64,000 nt of DNA from an uncultured Planctomycetota bacterium (GCA_963737655.1 CAVTTN010000002.1:2912001-2976000); one strand, 5' to 3'. Shown: positions 1 to 10,407, counted from the first letter of the stretch. A program made the numbers and translations. Notes: a model not told the origin generated them from the letters alone.

Positions 1-590
1 GCGAGAAAGGCCCGGATGATCGCGTCTTCCAGCGGTTGGCCCTCGGCGATCGCCGCCCGGAGCGCGGGGAGGGTCACGTCGAACACATCGACGTATCCCC
101 GGGCGTACTGGCGGGCCACGTCGTCGCGGTCGGCCGCCAGGGTCATGGCCTGGAGCAGAGTGACGCTCGGGGAGGCGGCGACGTCCTCCGATTCGACCGA
201 TCCGAGGCCGCCGGGCGAGGCCAGGCGGATCGCCCGATAGGCGAATTCGGCATCCTCGACGGTCAACCCGTCCAGGACGTGGCGGACCCCGTCCCGGAGC
301 GGCCCGGGAACCCCGAACGCCGCGGCCAGGGGGGCCAGGAGCAGGACCATCCCCAGGTTCGTGTTCGAGGCGGCGACCTCGCGAGTGGCCTCGACCGCCT
401 CGAGGATCGTCCGGCCGACTCCCCGGTCGCGGGCGCGGTCCATCGGCCCGGCGATGGCCCCGGCGCTCAGGGCGAAGTCGAGATAGGTCAGGTCGTCGAA
501 GTCGCGGAAACGGTGGACGTTCCCCGGCTTCCTCGCCGAGACTTCCAGGAGGCAGGCCACTTCCGCGAGCCGTCCGGCGGAGAGGCTCAT
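1..590 (-). CDS. citG: CitG-family triphosphoribosyl-dephospho-CoA synthase-like protein (orf7-type, H4MPT cluster); runs off window start
   Basis: Not in the ORF track. Manual translation from ATG 590 gives MSLSAGRLAEVACLLEVSARKPGNVHRFRDFDDLTYLDFALSA, with the KPGNV motif. ATGA overlap with the upstream gene; follows mch and the rimK-like gene. Confidence 0.8.
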   Translation of the reverse strand, partial: MSLSAGRLAEVACLLEVSARKPGNVHRFRDFDDLTYLDFALSAGAIAGPMDRARDRGVGRTILEAVEATREVAASNTNLGMVLLLAPLAAAFGVPGPLRDGVRHVLDGLTVEDAEFAYRAIRLASPGGLGSVESEDVAASPSVTLLQAMTLAADRDDVARQYARGYVDVFDVTLPALRAAIAEGQPLEDAIIRAFL

Positions 591-1471
591 CGCGTCGCGT
601 CCCTCAAATCGGCCAGGATCTCGGCCGCCACGTCCACCCCGGTGGCCTGGCCCAGCGCCTTCCAGCCCGGGACGGCGTTGACCTCCAGGACGAACGGGCG
701 GCCGTCGCGGTCGAACAGGAGGTCCACGCCCGCCATCCTCGCGCCGACGGCGCCCGCGGCCCGGAGCGCCAGCGATCCCCACCGGGGATCGGCCGGGATC
801 GCCTCGGCGGTCCCGCCGACGGCCACGTTGGCCCGCCACTCGCCGGGCGGGGCGGTCCGGCGGATCGTCCCGAGGACGCAATTCCCGAGGACGAAGAGCC
901 GCAGGTCGAACCCCGAATTCGGGATGAATTCTTGCAAGTAAAGCACGGCGCCGATCCGTTCCAGGGCGACGAAGACCCGTCGGGCGACCTCGAAATCGGT
1001 CACGCGGACCAGCCCTCGACCTTCGGAGCCGAACAACGGCTTGACGACCACGTCCCGGCCCAGGGTTTCGAAGGCCGCGATGGCCTCGGCCGCGGATTCG
1101 CCCGCCCAGGTCTTGGGCACCGGCAATCCTGCGGCTTCGACCCTCGCCGAGGTGACATACTTGTCCACCGACGCCTCGACGGCGCCCGGGGGGTTCAGGA
1201 CCGGGATTCCCGCCGCCGAGACCCGGTGGAGGGCGTCCATCCGGTAGACGACCTGCTCCAGGGACCCCGGCGGCATCATCCTCACGAGCACGCCATCGAC
1301 TTGCAAGAGCGGGATTCCTCCCGCGGCCAATCCGGGAGGGCCGCCGCCGAGCGTGGCCGAGATTTTCGGGAACGGGATGGCGGAGAACCGCACCCCGACC
1401 TTCGCCGAGGCCCGAATCAGGTCCTGGACGTGCCAGCCGAACCCCGAGACGAGGCCGACGAGGTGACGCAT
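587..1471 (-). CDS. RimK-family ATP-grasp alpha-L-glutamate ligase (orf5-type, C1 cofactor glutamylation)
   Basis: Motifs VVVKPLFGSEGRG, YLQEFIP, DLRLFVLG, WRANVAVGG, GVDLL, LEVNAVPGW. ATG at 1471 overlaps the mch stop. Confidence 0.88.
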   Translation of the reverse strand: MRHLVGLVSGFGWHVQDLIRASAKVGVRFSAIPFPKISATLGGGPPGLAAGGIPLLQVDGVLVRMMPPGSLEQVVYRMDALHRVSAAGIPVLNPPGAVEASVDKYVTSARVEAAGLPVPKTWAGESAAEAIAAFETLGRDVVVKPLFGSEGRGLVRVTDFEVARRVFVALERIGAVLYLQEFIPNSGFDLRLFVLGNCVLGTIRRTAPPGEWRANVAVGGTAEAIPADPRWGSLALRAAGAVGARMAGVDLLFDRDGRPFVLEVNAVPGWKALGQATGVDVAAEILADLRDATR

Positions 1472-2454
1472 CAGGGGGCCGCGTGGAACGAGCGATGGAG
1501 GACGTCGGGCACGACCTCGCCGAACACCTGGACCCGCCCGGTCTCCACGTTCTGGAACGCGACCTCCGCCGGGCTGAACAGGTGGGGATCGACCTTGTAG
1601 AAGTCGTGGCCGTACCGGGCGAAGATCGCGGCGAACGGCTCGCCGAAGTCGCGCGAGGAGGAGGCCGGGACCCGGGTGCCGACGTCGGCCAGGGAGGAAT
1701 CGTCGCCGGTCACGTAGAGGACGACGCGGGCCCCGTACAGGATCGCGTCGTTGGTCCGGCCGATGGCGGCCAGGTCGTCCTTGGCCACCGGGGGCAACGG
1801 GGCCTCGCCCACCGCGGAGACGATCCGATCGAGGTCGAAATCGAGTTCGGCGAGCTTGTGGAGGGCGGTTTCGACCGATCGGGCCACGACCTGGACCCCC
1901 CCGGCGAGGCTGGCCGTGGGCGCGAGCAGCAAGGTCACGCGGTCGGGCGAGACGCCGCACGATTCGGCGATTTTGGCCACGATCGCCGGAGGAGGCGGCT
2001 TCCGGCCTTCGAGGACGCCGACCACGCCCTCGCTCGCCGTCTCGCGATGGCCGAGCTTCGCGAAGATCGGCTCATGGGCGAACGCCGATCGCATCGGGCC
2101 CGAGCCCATCGCGAAGAATTTCCCCTCGGCGAGCTGCCAGCCGGCGTACTGGCTGGCGAGGCAGGCGAGGGCCGGGTGATCGGTGACGACCTCGACGAAC
2201 GGGCAGGGCCGGCCGGCGACCTCCCCGGCCCGGATGCGGACCTCGGCCAGGTCGGCGAGGCAGACCCGGGCCATGTCCAGGCCGGCGAGCAGTCCTCCGC
2301 GAGCCTCGGCCCCACAGTCGATCAGCGTCCCGCCCCCCTCGATCGTTCGGACGAGGATTCTCCGCTCGGAGGCGAGGGCCGCGAGCCGATCGGCCCGGGC
2401 CCGACCTCGGGCGTTCAGGCTCAGGGCAGCATCGGCCCGATCGGAATCCGCCAC
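1471..2454 (-). CDS. mch: methenyltetrahydromethanopterin cyclohydrolase
   Basis: Motifs ACLASQYAGW, MGSGP, APTASLAGGVQVVARSVETALHK, GRTNDAILYG, DFYKVDPHLFSPA. Confidence 0.95.
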   Translation of the reverse strand: MADSDRADAALSLNARGRARADRLAALASERRILVRTIEGGGTLIDCGAEARGGLLAGLDMARVCLADLAEVRIRAGEVAGRPCPFVEVVTDHPALACLASQYAGWQLAEGKFFAMGSGPMRSAFAHEPIFAKLGHRETASEGVVGVLEGRKPPPPAIVAKIAESCGVSPDRVTLLLAPTASLAGGVQVVARSVETALHKLAELDFDLDRIVSAVGEAPLPPVAKDDLAAIGRTNDAILYGARVVLYVTGDDSSLADVGTRVPASSSRDFGEPFAAIFARYGHDFYKVDPHLFSPAEVAFQNVETGRVQVFGEVVPDVLHRSFHAAP

Positions 2455-2466
2455 GAGTCCTCTCCC

Positions 2467-3295
2467 TCAGCCCGAGGGGTCGAGCACGAGCAGTTCGCCC
2501 TGCCCGTCGCCCGCCCGGTCGCCATTGTACCGGGAGAAGCTTCCGGAGAAAGCGTCCTGGGGGACCGGATATCCCCGATCGCGGAGGGCCTTCAACGCGA
2601 GGGTGACCACCGGCGGGCGGTCGCGACCGCTCGGCGCGAACGTGGGCAAGATGTGCGGGCGATCGAGGCCGCCGAAGACGGCCAACGTCCCCCGTTTCAT
2701 CGCCGATCCGGCCCCCCGGCCGATGGTCCCGAAGGCGAAGATCGACCCGGCGACCATCCCCCGGCCGAGCCCGGTCCCGCAATCGCCGAGGACGGCGATC
2801 AGGCCGCGCCTCATGGCCAGGCCGACGTCGTTCCCGGCCGAGCCCCTCGACCAGGATCATCCCGTCGCGCATCCCGAGTCGCTCGCCGGGCTCCGAGGCT
2901 CCGAGGCGGTCGCCGACGTCGCCCGAGACTCGGATCAGGCCGGCCCGGAGGCCCATCCCGACCCCCGATCCGGCCGATCCCCGGACGACGATCGCCCCTC
3001 CGGCCATCCCCCGGCCGAGCTCGGGGCCGACGTCTCCGAGGATCGCGACCTCGCCGGAGGTCATCCCGAGGCCGACCCGGGAGAGGCCGCGGAGGTCGCC
3101 TTCGAGGACGAGGCGGCCGTCCGAGGGATCGCCCTCGACCCGGAACAGCTCGCCGATTTCCGCCAGGCCGTTGCCGACGGGCAGGGAGAGCCTCGCCACG
3201 TCCCGGGCGGAGCGGCCGAGCCAATCCTGGGGCCGAAGCCGATCGGCCTCGATCGGGAGGGCGGTCGCGGCATTCCAGGTCAGGTGGAGAGGCAC
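2467..3295 (-). CDS. fhcC: formyltransferase/hydrolase complex subunit C (FwdC/FhcC); frameshift near 2845
   Basis: GxGxGMxxG beta-helix repeats, split across ORFs 2072..3295 and 2467..2814. Removing one G from GAGGGGC restores LVEGSAGNDVGLAMRRG. Confidence 0.85.
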
Positions 3296-3331
3296 GGGCG
3301 GTCCTGGGCGAAGGAGGGAGGAATGCGGGCC

Positions 3332-5659
3332 TTAACGACCCAGGGCGGGGCTGGACGCGACGTCCTCCTCGTGGGCCGCGCCGTTGGCGCCGACGACCTG
3401 ACGGATCATGACGTTCAGGGTGCGGAACTCGATCGGCTTGGTCAGGTGGGCGTTGAAGCCGGCTTCCCGGCATTTGACCACGTCGTCATCCTGGCCGAAT
3501 CCGGTCAGGGCGATGGCCGGGATCGCGGTCCGGTCTCGGAGGGCGCGGATCAGGCCGAGGCCGTCGCCGTCGGGCAATCCGATGTCGCTGATGAGCAGGT
3601 CCAGAGGTGCGGGAGAGGCGTCGGCGGCGGCCAGGGCGGCGTCCACGCCGTCGGCCGGGATGACCTCGTGGCCCAGGCGGCGGAGGAGGCGGGTCAGGAC
3701 GCTCAGGGTGGCCGGGTCGTCCTCGACCAGGAGGATCCGGAGGGGCGCCCCGGGGCCGATCACGGCCGGCCGGGGCTCGATCGGCGCGGGCAGGGCGGCC
3801 GGCTCGGGGGCGGGGACGGTCGGCAGCTCCAGGCGGAACGTGGCGCCGAGGCCCGGGCCGTCGCTCCGGGCCGAGAGCGTCCCCTGATGCCCGACCACGA
3901 CCGATCGGCTGATCGCCAGGCCCAGGCCCAGGCCGCCGTACTTCCTCGTCCGCGACGAGGTCTCCTCCTGCTCGAAGGCGTCGAAGATCCGGGGCAGGAA
4001 GTCGGGCGCGATGCCGATGCCGGTGTCGGCGACCTCGATCACGATCCGGTCCTCGGGGCCGTCCCACGAGCGAAGGGTGATCGTCCCGCCGCGAGGGGTG
4101 AACTTCACCGCGTTCTTGATGAGGTTCCAGAGCACTTGCTGGAGCCTCGCCGGGTCGGCCGAGACGAACCGGGAGCGCGCGTGAAGCTCCAGGACCGCCG
4201 AGAGGCCGGACTTCTCCACGTCGCCCCGGCAGATCTCCAGGGCGCGGCCGACCAGTTCGTGGGCGTCCACCGGCTCGAGCTGGAAGGACATCTTGCCGGT
4301 GGCCACGCGGGTCAGGTCGAGCAGGTCCTCGATCAATCGCGCCTCCAGGGCGACGTTGCGGCGGACCATCTCGAGGACGGGCCGGACGTCTCCGGGGGGG
4401 CCGGGCTCGTCCAGCCATTCGGAGACGGCCAGGAGGACCGGGGTCAGCGGGGTCCTCAGCTCGTGGCTGAGGACGGCGAGGAAGCGGTCCTTGGCGAGGC
4501 TGGCGGCCTCGGCGGCCTCCTCCGCGCGCTTCTGGTCGTCGATGTCGGTGCAGGTGCCGTACCAGCGGACGATCGCCCCGGCCTCGTCGCGGACCGGCAG
4601 GGCCCGGGCCAGGTGCCATCGGTAGCCGCCCCGGTGCCGGTCCAGCAGGCGGTACTGCGCCTGGTACGGCTCGCCGGTCCTCACCGAATCGCCCCAGGAC
4701 TCGAGCGAGGGCCGGGCGTCGTCGGGGTGGAGCAGGCGGCCCCAGTCCTCGACCGTCCCGCCGTGCTCGGGGGCGATCCCGGTGTACTCGAACCACCGGC
4801 GGTTGTAGTAATCGATCTCGCCGTCGGGCCCGGCGGCCCAGACGATCTGGGGCATGGAGTCGGCCAGGGCCCTCAGGAGGTGCTCGCTGCGGCGGAGGGC
4901 CTGCTCGGCGCTCACCCGGTCGGAGACGTCCAGGGAGATCCCGCCGACGAACCGGCCTTCGACCAGGTCCAGGGGGAACTTCAGGGTCATCCAGTGGCGA
5001 TCCTCGAAGCTCTCCAGGACCTCGACCGTGCCGTCGGACTCGAGCGATCGGCGGTCGCTGGCGAGGAACGTCCGGGCCGCCGGCTCGGGCCAGAGCGTCA
5101 GGTCATCGCGGCCGATCAGGGACTCGGCCGGGGCCTCGAACTGCTGGGCCCAGGCCGGGTTGCCCCAGAGGTAGCGTCCCGAGGTGTCCTTGATGAAGGC
5201 GATGGCCGGGGAGTGGTCCATGAAGGCCCGGAACCTCGCCTCGCTGGCGCGGAGGTCGGCCTCGATCCTCTGACGCTCGGCGACCTCCCGGCGGAGGTCG
5301 TCCTGCCCCCGGATCGCCCGTTTCCTCGCGTCGTGGAGCGCCCCGCCCAGCAAGGCGGACGTCCCGGCCACGACCAGATAGGAGCCCAGGGAAAACTGAT
5401 GCTTCCGCGACGAAAGGGCGAAGGTGTAGGCCGGCGCCATGAAGAAGAACGTCGCGCTGAGGCCGCCCAGGATCAGCGACACCATGCCCGGTCCCGGGCC
5501 GCTCAGGAGCGCGACGACCGTCGTGGCCAGGTAGAAGAACGCCAGGGGCTGGGTGTCCCCCAACCACCTGGTCAGAGACATCCGAACCAGCGTGGCCAGG
5601 ACGACCCCCAAGATGGCCCCGCCATAGCGAACAACTCGGGTTCCCCGCCTCTCGCCCAT
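3332..5659 (-). CDS. hybrid sensor histidine kinase/response regulator (membrane domain, 2 PAS, HisKA, HATPase, REC)
   Basis: H-box LSHELRTPL, N-box NLIKNAVKFT, G-boxes DTGIGI and GGLGLGL, receiver ILLVEDD...DLLISDIGLP...KP. Confidence 0.93.
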   Translation of the reverse strand: MGERRGTRVVRYGGAILGVVLATLVRMSLTRWLGDTQPLAFFYLATTVVALLSGPGPGMVSLILGGLSATFFFMAPAYTFALSSRKHQFSLGSYLVVAGTSALLGGALHDARKRAIRGQDDLRREVAERQRIEADLRASEARFRAFMDHSPAIAFIKDTSGRYLWGNPAWAQQFEAPAESLIGRDDLTLWPEPAARTFLASDRRSLESDGTVEVLESFEDRHWMTLKFPLDLVEGRFVGGISLDVSDRVSAEQALRRSEHLLRALADSMPQIVWAAGPDGEIDYYNRRWFEYTGIAPEHGGTVEDWGRLLHPDDARPSLESWGDSVRTGEPYQAQYRLLDRHRGGYRWHLARALPVRDEAGAIVRWYGTCTDIDDQKRAEEAAEAASLAKDRFLAVLSHELRTPLTPVLLAVSEWLDEPGPPGDVRPVLEMVRRNVALEARLIEDLLDLTRVATGKMSFQLEPVDAHELVGRALEICRGDVEKSGLSAVLELHARSRFVSADPARLQQVLWNLIKNAVKFTPRGGTITLRSWDGPEDRIVIEVADTGIGIAPDFLPRIFDAFEQEETSSRTRKYGGLGLGLAISRSVVVGHQGTLSARSDGPGLGATFRLELPTVPAPEPAALPAPIEPRPAVIGPGAPLRILLVEDDPATLSVLTRLLRRLGHEVIPADGVDAALAAADASPAPLDLLISDIGLPDGDGLGLIRALRDRTAIPAIALTGFGQDDDVVKCREAGFNAHLTKPIEFRTLNVMIRQVVGANGAAHEEDVASSPALGR

Positions 5660-5777
5660 GATCGCCGGACTCCTGCCGTCGCCGCCTCGCGACCCCGCCT
5701 CGTTTGCTTCAAGCGCCTCGAACGCGATGACCGGGGGGATTCGCGAGATCGTCGGCTCGGGTCGGCCGACGGGGGGG

Positions 5778-6444
5778 TCAGCCCTGGGGTGTGGTCCCGA
5801 GCACCACGTCGAACTTCGCGGCCAGCTCGCCCAGCGACGAGCCGGGCAGGGGCGCGAAGTCCACCGTTACGGACTCCCGGGCCTTCGGGTCGCGGATGCC
5901 CCGATAGACCCCGTCCCTGGCGTTCGAGGCCTCTCCCTTGACGTAGCACTGGGTCGTCAGGGAGCTCCTTGCCCCCCTTGCGGATCTTCACGTGGATGTG
6001 CGGGCAGCGGCCGGGATAGGGCACCGGCTTGATCGTCCGGAAGTAGTATTCGCCGGTCGAGCCGGTCAGGAACCGGCCGAAGCCCTGGAAGTTCTTGTCG
6101 TGCTTGGCGTGGTTGGGGTCGGCGGTGTGGATGTAGGCGCCTTCGTGATCGACCTGCCAGATCTCGACCAGGGCGTTGCGGACCGGCTGCCCCTGGGGGT
6201 CGAGGATCGTCCCGCCGAGGTGGGTGACCTCGCCCACGGCCGGGGTCAGCGCGTCGTTGAGGATCAGGAGGTCATTGTCCGTGTCGAGCGGGAGCTTGTT
6301 GGGGTAGAACGGCCCCTCGGTCTGCCGGGGGGTCCGGGTCAGCTCGTCGGCGAACGCGCCGGGGACGTTCAGGGCGGCGGCGCCCAGGGCCAGGCCGCCG
6401 AGGAACCGGCGGCGAGACGGCAGGATCAGCGAGGGATGGTCCAC
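5778..6444 (-). CDS. Tat-exported intradiol ring-cleavage dioxygenase (protocatechuate 3,4-dioxygenase-like); frameshift near 5960
   Basis: SRRRFL twin-Arg signal; TEGPFYP, VEIWQ, GAY, PYPGRCPHIH iron-ligand motifs. Removing one C restores KELLTTQCYV...DVVLGTTPQG*. Confidence 0.82.
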
Positions 6445-6712
6445 GGGCGGCCTCGGAGGGTTGGGAGGGACGATCTGCCTCGACCCGGCCCCGGAGGCCG
6501 GGAACCCTGCGCCGATCCGAGCGAGGATCATCGGGCCGTCGCCGCTCGTCCCATCCCTCGGGCGAGCGAGGGATTATCATAACGGATCGACGCGACGACA
6601 CGCCAGAGCGTTCCTCGACGAGGCGGAAGGGGCGATACCCTCCGACGTCTATGGTAAACTGTGCCGCCCGCTCTTACCATCGCCTCGTCCCCGAAGTTCC
6701 GAGCCTCCCGAA

Positions 6713-7798
6713 ATGCCCGCCATGCCCGCCGACCTCGGCTACCGGATGCCCGCCGAGTGGGAAGCTCACGCCTCGACCTGGATCGCCTGGCCCCACAACC
6801 GGGGCGACTGGCCCGGCAAGTTCGGCCCGATCCCCTGGGCCTTCGCCGAGATCGTCCGCCTGATCGCCCGATCCGAGCCGGTGGACCTGATCGTCCCGGG
6901 CCGGAAGGCCGAGGGCCGCGCCCGGACGATCCTGGAGAAAGCCGGCGCCGACCTCGAACGCATCCGGTTCCACCGGGTCAAGACCGATCGCGTCTGGATG
7001 AGAGATACCGGCCCGAGCTTCGTCGTCCGAGACGCCTCGTCCTCCGACGACGGCGATCGCCTGGCCGCCATCGACTGGCGGTTCAACGCCTGGGCGAAAT
7101 ACGACGACTTCCACCGCGATGACCGCGTGGCCCGGACCATCGCCCGATCCCTGGACATCCCCCGGTGGAAGCCGACCGCGAGCGTCGAGGGCGGCGAGCC
7201 GATCCGGATCGTCCTGGAAGGCGGGGCCATCGACGTCAACGGCCTCGGCACCCTCCTGACCACCGAGGAATGCCTCCTGAGCGACGTCCAGGCTCGCAAT
7301 CCCGGGCTCGATCGCGAGGCCCTCGAACGGGCGTTCGCCGAGTACCTGGGTGCCCGTCACACGATCTGGCTCGATCGCGGGATCGTCGGCGACGACACCC
7401 ACGGCCACGTGGACGACATCGCCCGGTTCGTCGGCCCGAGGACCGTGGCGGCCGTGGTCGAGGACGACCCATCCGACCCCAACCACGCGATCCTCCGGGA
7501 GAACCTCGAACGGCTCCACAAGGCCACCGATCAGGACGGCCGCCCCCTGGAAGTCGTCCCCCTGCCGATGCCCCGGCCGGTGATTTTCGACGGCCAGAGG
7601 CTCCCGGCCAGTTACGCCAACTTCCTGATCGGGAATCGCGCGGTGCTGGTCCCGACGTTCCACGACCCGGCCGACCGCCAGGCCCTGGAAATCCTGGCCC
7701 GACTGTTCCCGGATCGCGAGGTCGTGGGCGTCCACGCGGTCGATCTGGTCTGGGGGCTCGGCACGATCCACTGCCTGAGCCGGGAACAGCCGGCGTGA
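6713..7798 (+). CDS. aguA: agmatine deiminase family protein
   Basis: Motifs RMPAEW, WMRDTGP, FNAW, LEGGAIDVNG, DDTHGHVD, ASYANF, GTIHC. Confidence 0.9.
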   Translation: MPAMPADLGYRMPAEWEAHASTWIAWPHNRGDWPGKFGPIPWAFAEIVRLIARSEPVDLIVPGRKAEGRARTILEKAGADLERIRFHRVKTDRVWMRDTGPSFVVRDASSSDDGDRLAAIDWRFNAWAKYDDFHRDDRVARTIARSLDIPRWKPTASVEGGEPIRIVLEGGAIDVNGLGTLLTTEECLLSDVQARNPGLDREALERAFAEYLGARHTIWLDRGIVGDDTHGHVDDIARFVGPRTVAAVVEDDPSDPNHAILRENLERLHKATDQDGRPLEVVPLPMPRPVIFDGQRLPASYANFLIGNRAVLVPTFHDPADRQALEILARLFPDREVVGVHAVDLVWGLGTIHCLSREQPA

Positions 7799-7801
7799 CG
7801 G

Positions 7802-7867
7802 CGGGGAGCGAAACGGGGATGGGCTCCGGGTCGACTCGCCCGGTGCCCGTCCCCGTTTCGCTCCCCG
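7802..7867. repeat. long inverted repeat between convergent aguA and tal (REP-like or bidirectional terminator)
   Basis: CGGGGAGCGAAACGGGGATGGGC pairs with GCCCGTCCCCGTTTCGCTCCCCG. Confidence 0.7.
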
Positions 7868-7877
7868 GATGTCGCGA

Positions 7878-9032
7878 TCAACCCTTGCCCTGGGCGAGCA
7901 ATTTCTCGCGCTTGGCCTTGATCGTGGCCATCAGCGAGTCGAACGACTTCGAGAAGCTGGCCACGCCCTCGCGGAGGAGCAGGTCGGTCACCTCGTGGAG
8001 GCTGATGCCGAGCTCGCCGAGGAGCTGGACCTGCTTCTTCGCGCCGTCCATGTCCTCGGTCAGGCTGGGGCGGACCCGGGCGTGGTCCCGGGCGGCTTCG
8101 AGGGTCTGCGGGGGCATCGTGCTGACGGTGTCGGGCCCGATGAGTTCGTCGATGTACAGCGTGTCCGGGTACTTCGGGTTCTTCGTGCCGACGGAGGCCC
8201 ACAGGACCCTCTGGACCTTCGCGCCCTTGGCCTTCAGCGCGAGGAAGTCGTCGGAGGTGAAGATCTTCTGGAACTCGGCGTAGGCGTTCTTGGCGTTGGC
8301 GATGGCGATCTTGCCTTCGAGCCCTTCGAGCTGGGCCTTGACCGTCGGGTCGGTCTCGCCCTGGAGCTTCGCCTCGATCCTCTTGTCCACCTCGGTATCG
8401 ATCCGGGAGACGAAGAAGCTGGCGACCGAGGAGATCCGATCGACGGGCAGGCCGGCGTCGTCCCGCTTCTTCAGGGCCCGGACGTAGGCGTGGGCGACCT
8501 TCACGTACGCCTCGATGCTGAACAGGAGCGTGACGTTGACGTTGATCCCCGAGGCCAGCGTCTCCTCGATCGCGGCGAGCCCCTCGGGCGTCCCCGGGAT
8601 CTTGATCATCGCGTTGGGCCGGTCCAGCTTGTCCCAGAGGATCTTGGCCTCGGCGATCGTCCCCTGGGTGTCGTGCGCCAGGTACGGCGAGACTTCCAGG
8701 CTGACGAAACCGTGCTCGCCCTGGGTCTGGTCATACAGGGGGCGGAAGAGGTCCAGGGCGTCCTGGATGTCCGCGACCGTCAGCTCCTGATAGATCGCGT
8801 CGGCGTCCCCGCCCTTGGTCACGGCCCTCTTGATGGCCTCGTCGTAGTCGGCGCTGTGGCCGATGGCCTTCTCGAAAATCGTCGGGTTGGACGTGACCCC
8901 CTGGAGGCCGTCCTCGTCGATCAGGCGATGGAGCTCGCCGGAATTGAGGATCTCTCGGCTGATGTTGTCCAGCCACACACTCTGGCCCAACGCCTGGAGT
9001 TCGGCCAGATGGGACTTGGTGACGGTGGCCAT
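7878..9032 (-). CDS. tal: transaldolase (long type)
   Basis: Motifs QSVWLD, GVTSNPTIF, VSLEVSP, MIKIP, NVTLLFS, VASFFVSRID, LWAS. Confidence 0.95.
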   Translation of the reverse strand: MATVTKSHLAELQALGQSVWLDNISREILNSGELHRLIDEDGLQGVTSNPTIFEKAIGHSADYDEAIKRAVTKGGDADAIYQELTVADIQDALDLFRPLYDQTQGEHGFVSLEVSPYLAHDTQGTIAEAKILWDKLDRPNAMIKIPGTPEGLAAIEETLASGINVNVTLLFSIEAYVKVAHAYVRALKKRDDAGLPVDRISSVASFFVSRIDTEVDKRIEAKLQGETDPTVKAQLEGLEGKIAIANAKNAYAEFQKIFTSDDFLALKAKGAKVQRVLWASVGTKNPKYPDTLYIDELIGPDTVSTMPPQTLEAARDHARVRPSLTEDMDGAKKQVQLLGELGISLHEVTDLLLREGVASFSKSFDSLMATIKAKREKLLAQGKG

Positions 9033-9382
9033 GGCGTGGCTCCGAAGGCTCTCGCGACGGGGCCGAAGCCCCTCCGGCGACGACCCCCGCCGCCGTCTCA
9101 CCTCCGATCCTAACCGATCTCCGCCCTCACCGCGAGCCACCGGCCGGGCCAGATTCGGTCGCCCGGCACCATCGGCCGAGATCGGAGACGGGCTCGCCCC
9201 GGTCCCGGCCCCGCGGAGAGACGCGGAATCGGCCCGGATTGGCCAAGCCAGATCCGCCGGTTCTCGCTAGAGTATCGGCCGACGGCCGCCATCCCCCTTG
9301 CGGGTGCGTGCATGATTGCATAAGATGGTGATCGCGGCCGAGGTTCGCCGTTGGGGTGGGCGACGGATCAGGGAGAGAGACC

Positions 9383-10354
9383 ATGAAGACGGATCGCAGG
9401 CGACGGACGATGGTCGTGGAGGGGTTGGAGGGGCGAGTGGTCCTCAGCGGGGGGTTGTTCTCCGGGCTCGGGGCCAATTCGACCGCCTATCAGGACGCCC
9501 AGCAGGTCCAGGCCGCCTTCTCGGCCTTCCGCTCGGCGTACAGCCAGGATTACCGGACGATCCTCTATGGCGCCGCGGCCGACGGCTCGATCAACCCGAC
9601 GACCAACCGGCCGGCGTTCGACGCCCAGGTCGGCGCCGACCTGGCGACCCTGAACGCCTCGATCGCCCGATCGGTGGCGAACCTGGCCGACGGCCCGACG
9701 CTGGCCTCCACGTTCTCGGGGGAAATCCTGGGCTCGGGCGTCGATTCGCTCCAGACCCAGCTCAAGGCCGTGCCGACCCCTTCGGGCGTGTTCAACCGGA
9801 CCAACAAGGTGTTCAACTCCGAGTCCGCCGGGTCGATCGCCATCACCCAGAACGCGATCGTCCGGCAGGTCCGCTCCGACAACTCGGGCTCGGGGACCAC
9901 GCATCCGGCGGCCTCGGTCAGCCTGGCCGACGTGATCCAGGACCTCAAGGCGGTCAAGACCGCCTACAACCGCTTCCAGTTGAACTACACCTACGACACC
10001 AAGAACATCCTGTACACCCGGGGCACGGACCTGAAGGTGAACACGACGATCAACCGGCCGTCGTTCGACGTCCAGGTGATGCACGACCTGGCGACCCTGA
10101 ATACCGAGGTCGCCGACGCCTTCTCGAACCTGCCCGCCAATAGCAGCCTGCTCGCCCAGGTGCAATCCTCGATCCTCGGGACGGGCAGCGGCAGCCTCCA
10201 GGGCCAGTTACTGGCGTTGACCACGCCGTCGGCCCCGCAGACCAGCTCGGCTCACGTCTTCAACTTCAATTCCTCGACCACGATCGACGCCTCTCACGCG
10301 ACGATCGCGGCCGAGGTCATGAAATACTACCTCGCGGCCAAGACCAGCCTGTAA
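9383..10354 (+). CDS. planctomycete LEPR-XLL-type extracellular protein with two internal repeat domains
   Basis: N-terminal RRRR...VEGLEGRVVLS motif and a clear internal duplication (NRPAFDAQV..DLATLN vs NRPSFDVQV..DLATLN). Confidence 0.75.
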   Translation: MKTDRRRRTMVVEGLEGRVVLSGGLFSGLGANSTAYQDAQQVQAAFSAFRSAYSQDYRTILYGAAADGSINPTTNRPAFDAQVGADLATLNASIARSVANLADGPTLASTFSGEILGSGVDSLQTQLKAVPTPSGVFNRTNKVFNSESAGSIAITQNAIVRQVRSDNSGSGTTHPAASVSLADVIQDLKAVKTAYNRFQLNYTYDTKNILYTRGTDLKVNTTINRPSFDVQVMHDLATLNTEVADAFSNLPANSSLLAQVQSSILGTGSGSLQGQLLALTTPSAPQTSSAHVFNFNSSTTIDASHATIAAEVMKYYLAAKTSL

Positions 10355-10407
10355 CCCGAATCGGGCCGCTCCCGGGATGGCCGGCAACCCGGGACGCGGC
10401 CGGGTCC

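Noticed and set aside
2183..5941. very long ORFs such as 2183..5941, 33418..36489 and 13813..16500
   Set aside because: Antisense or off-frame shadows of real genes in high-GC DNA, with no coherent motifs of their own.
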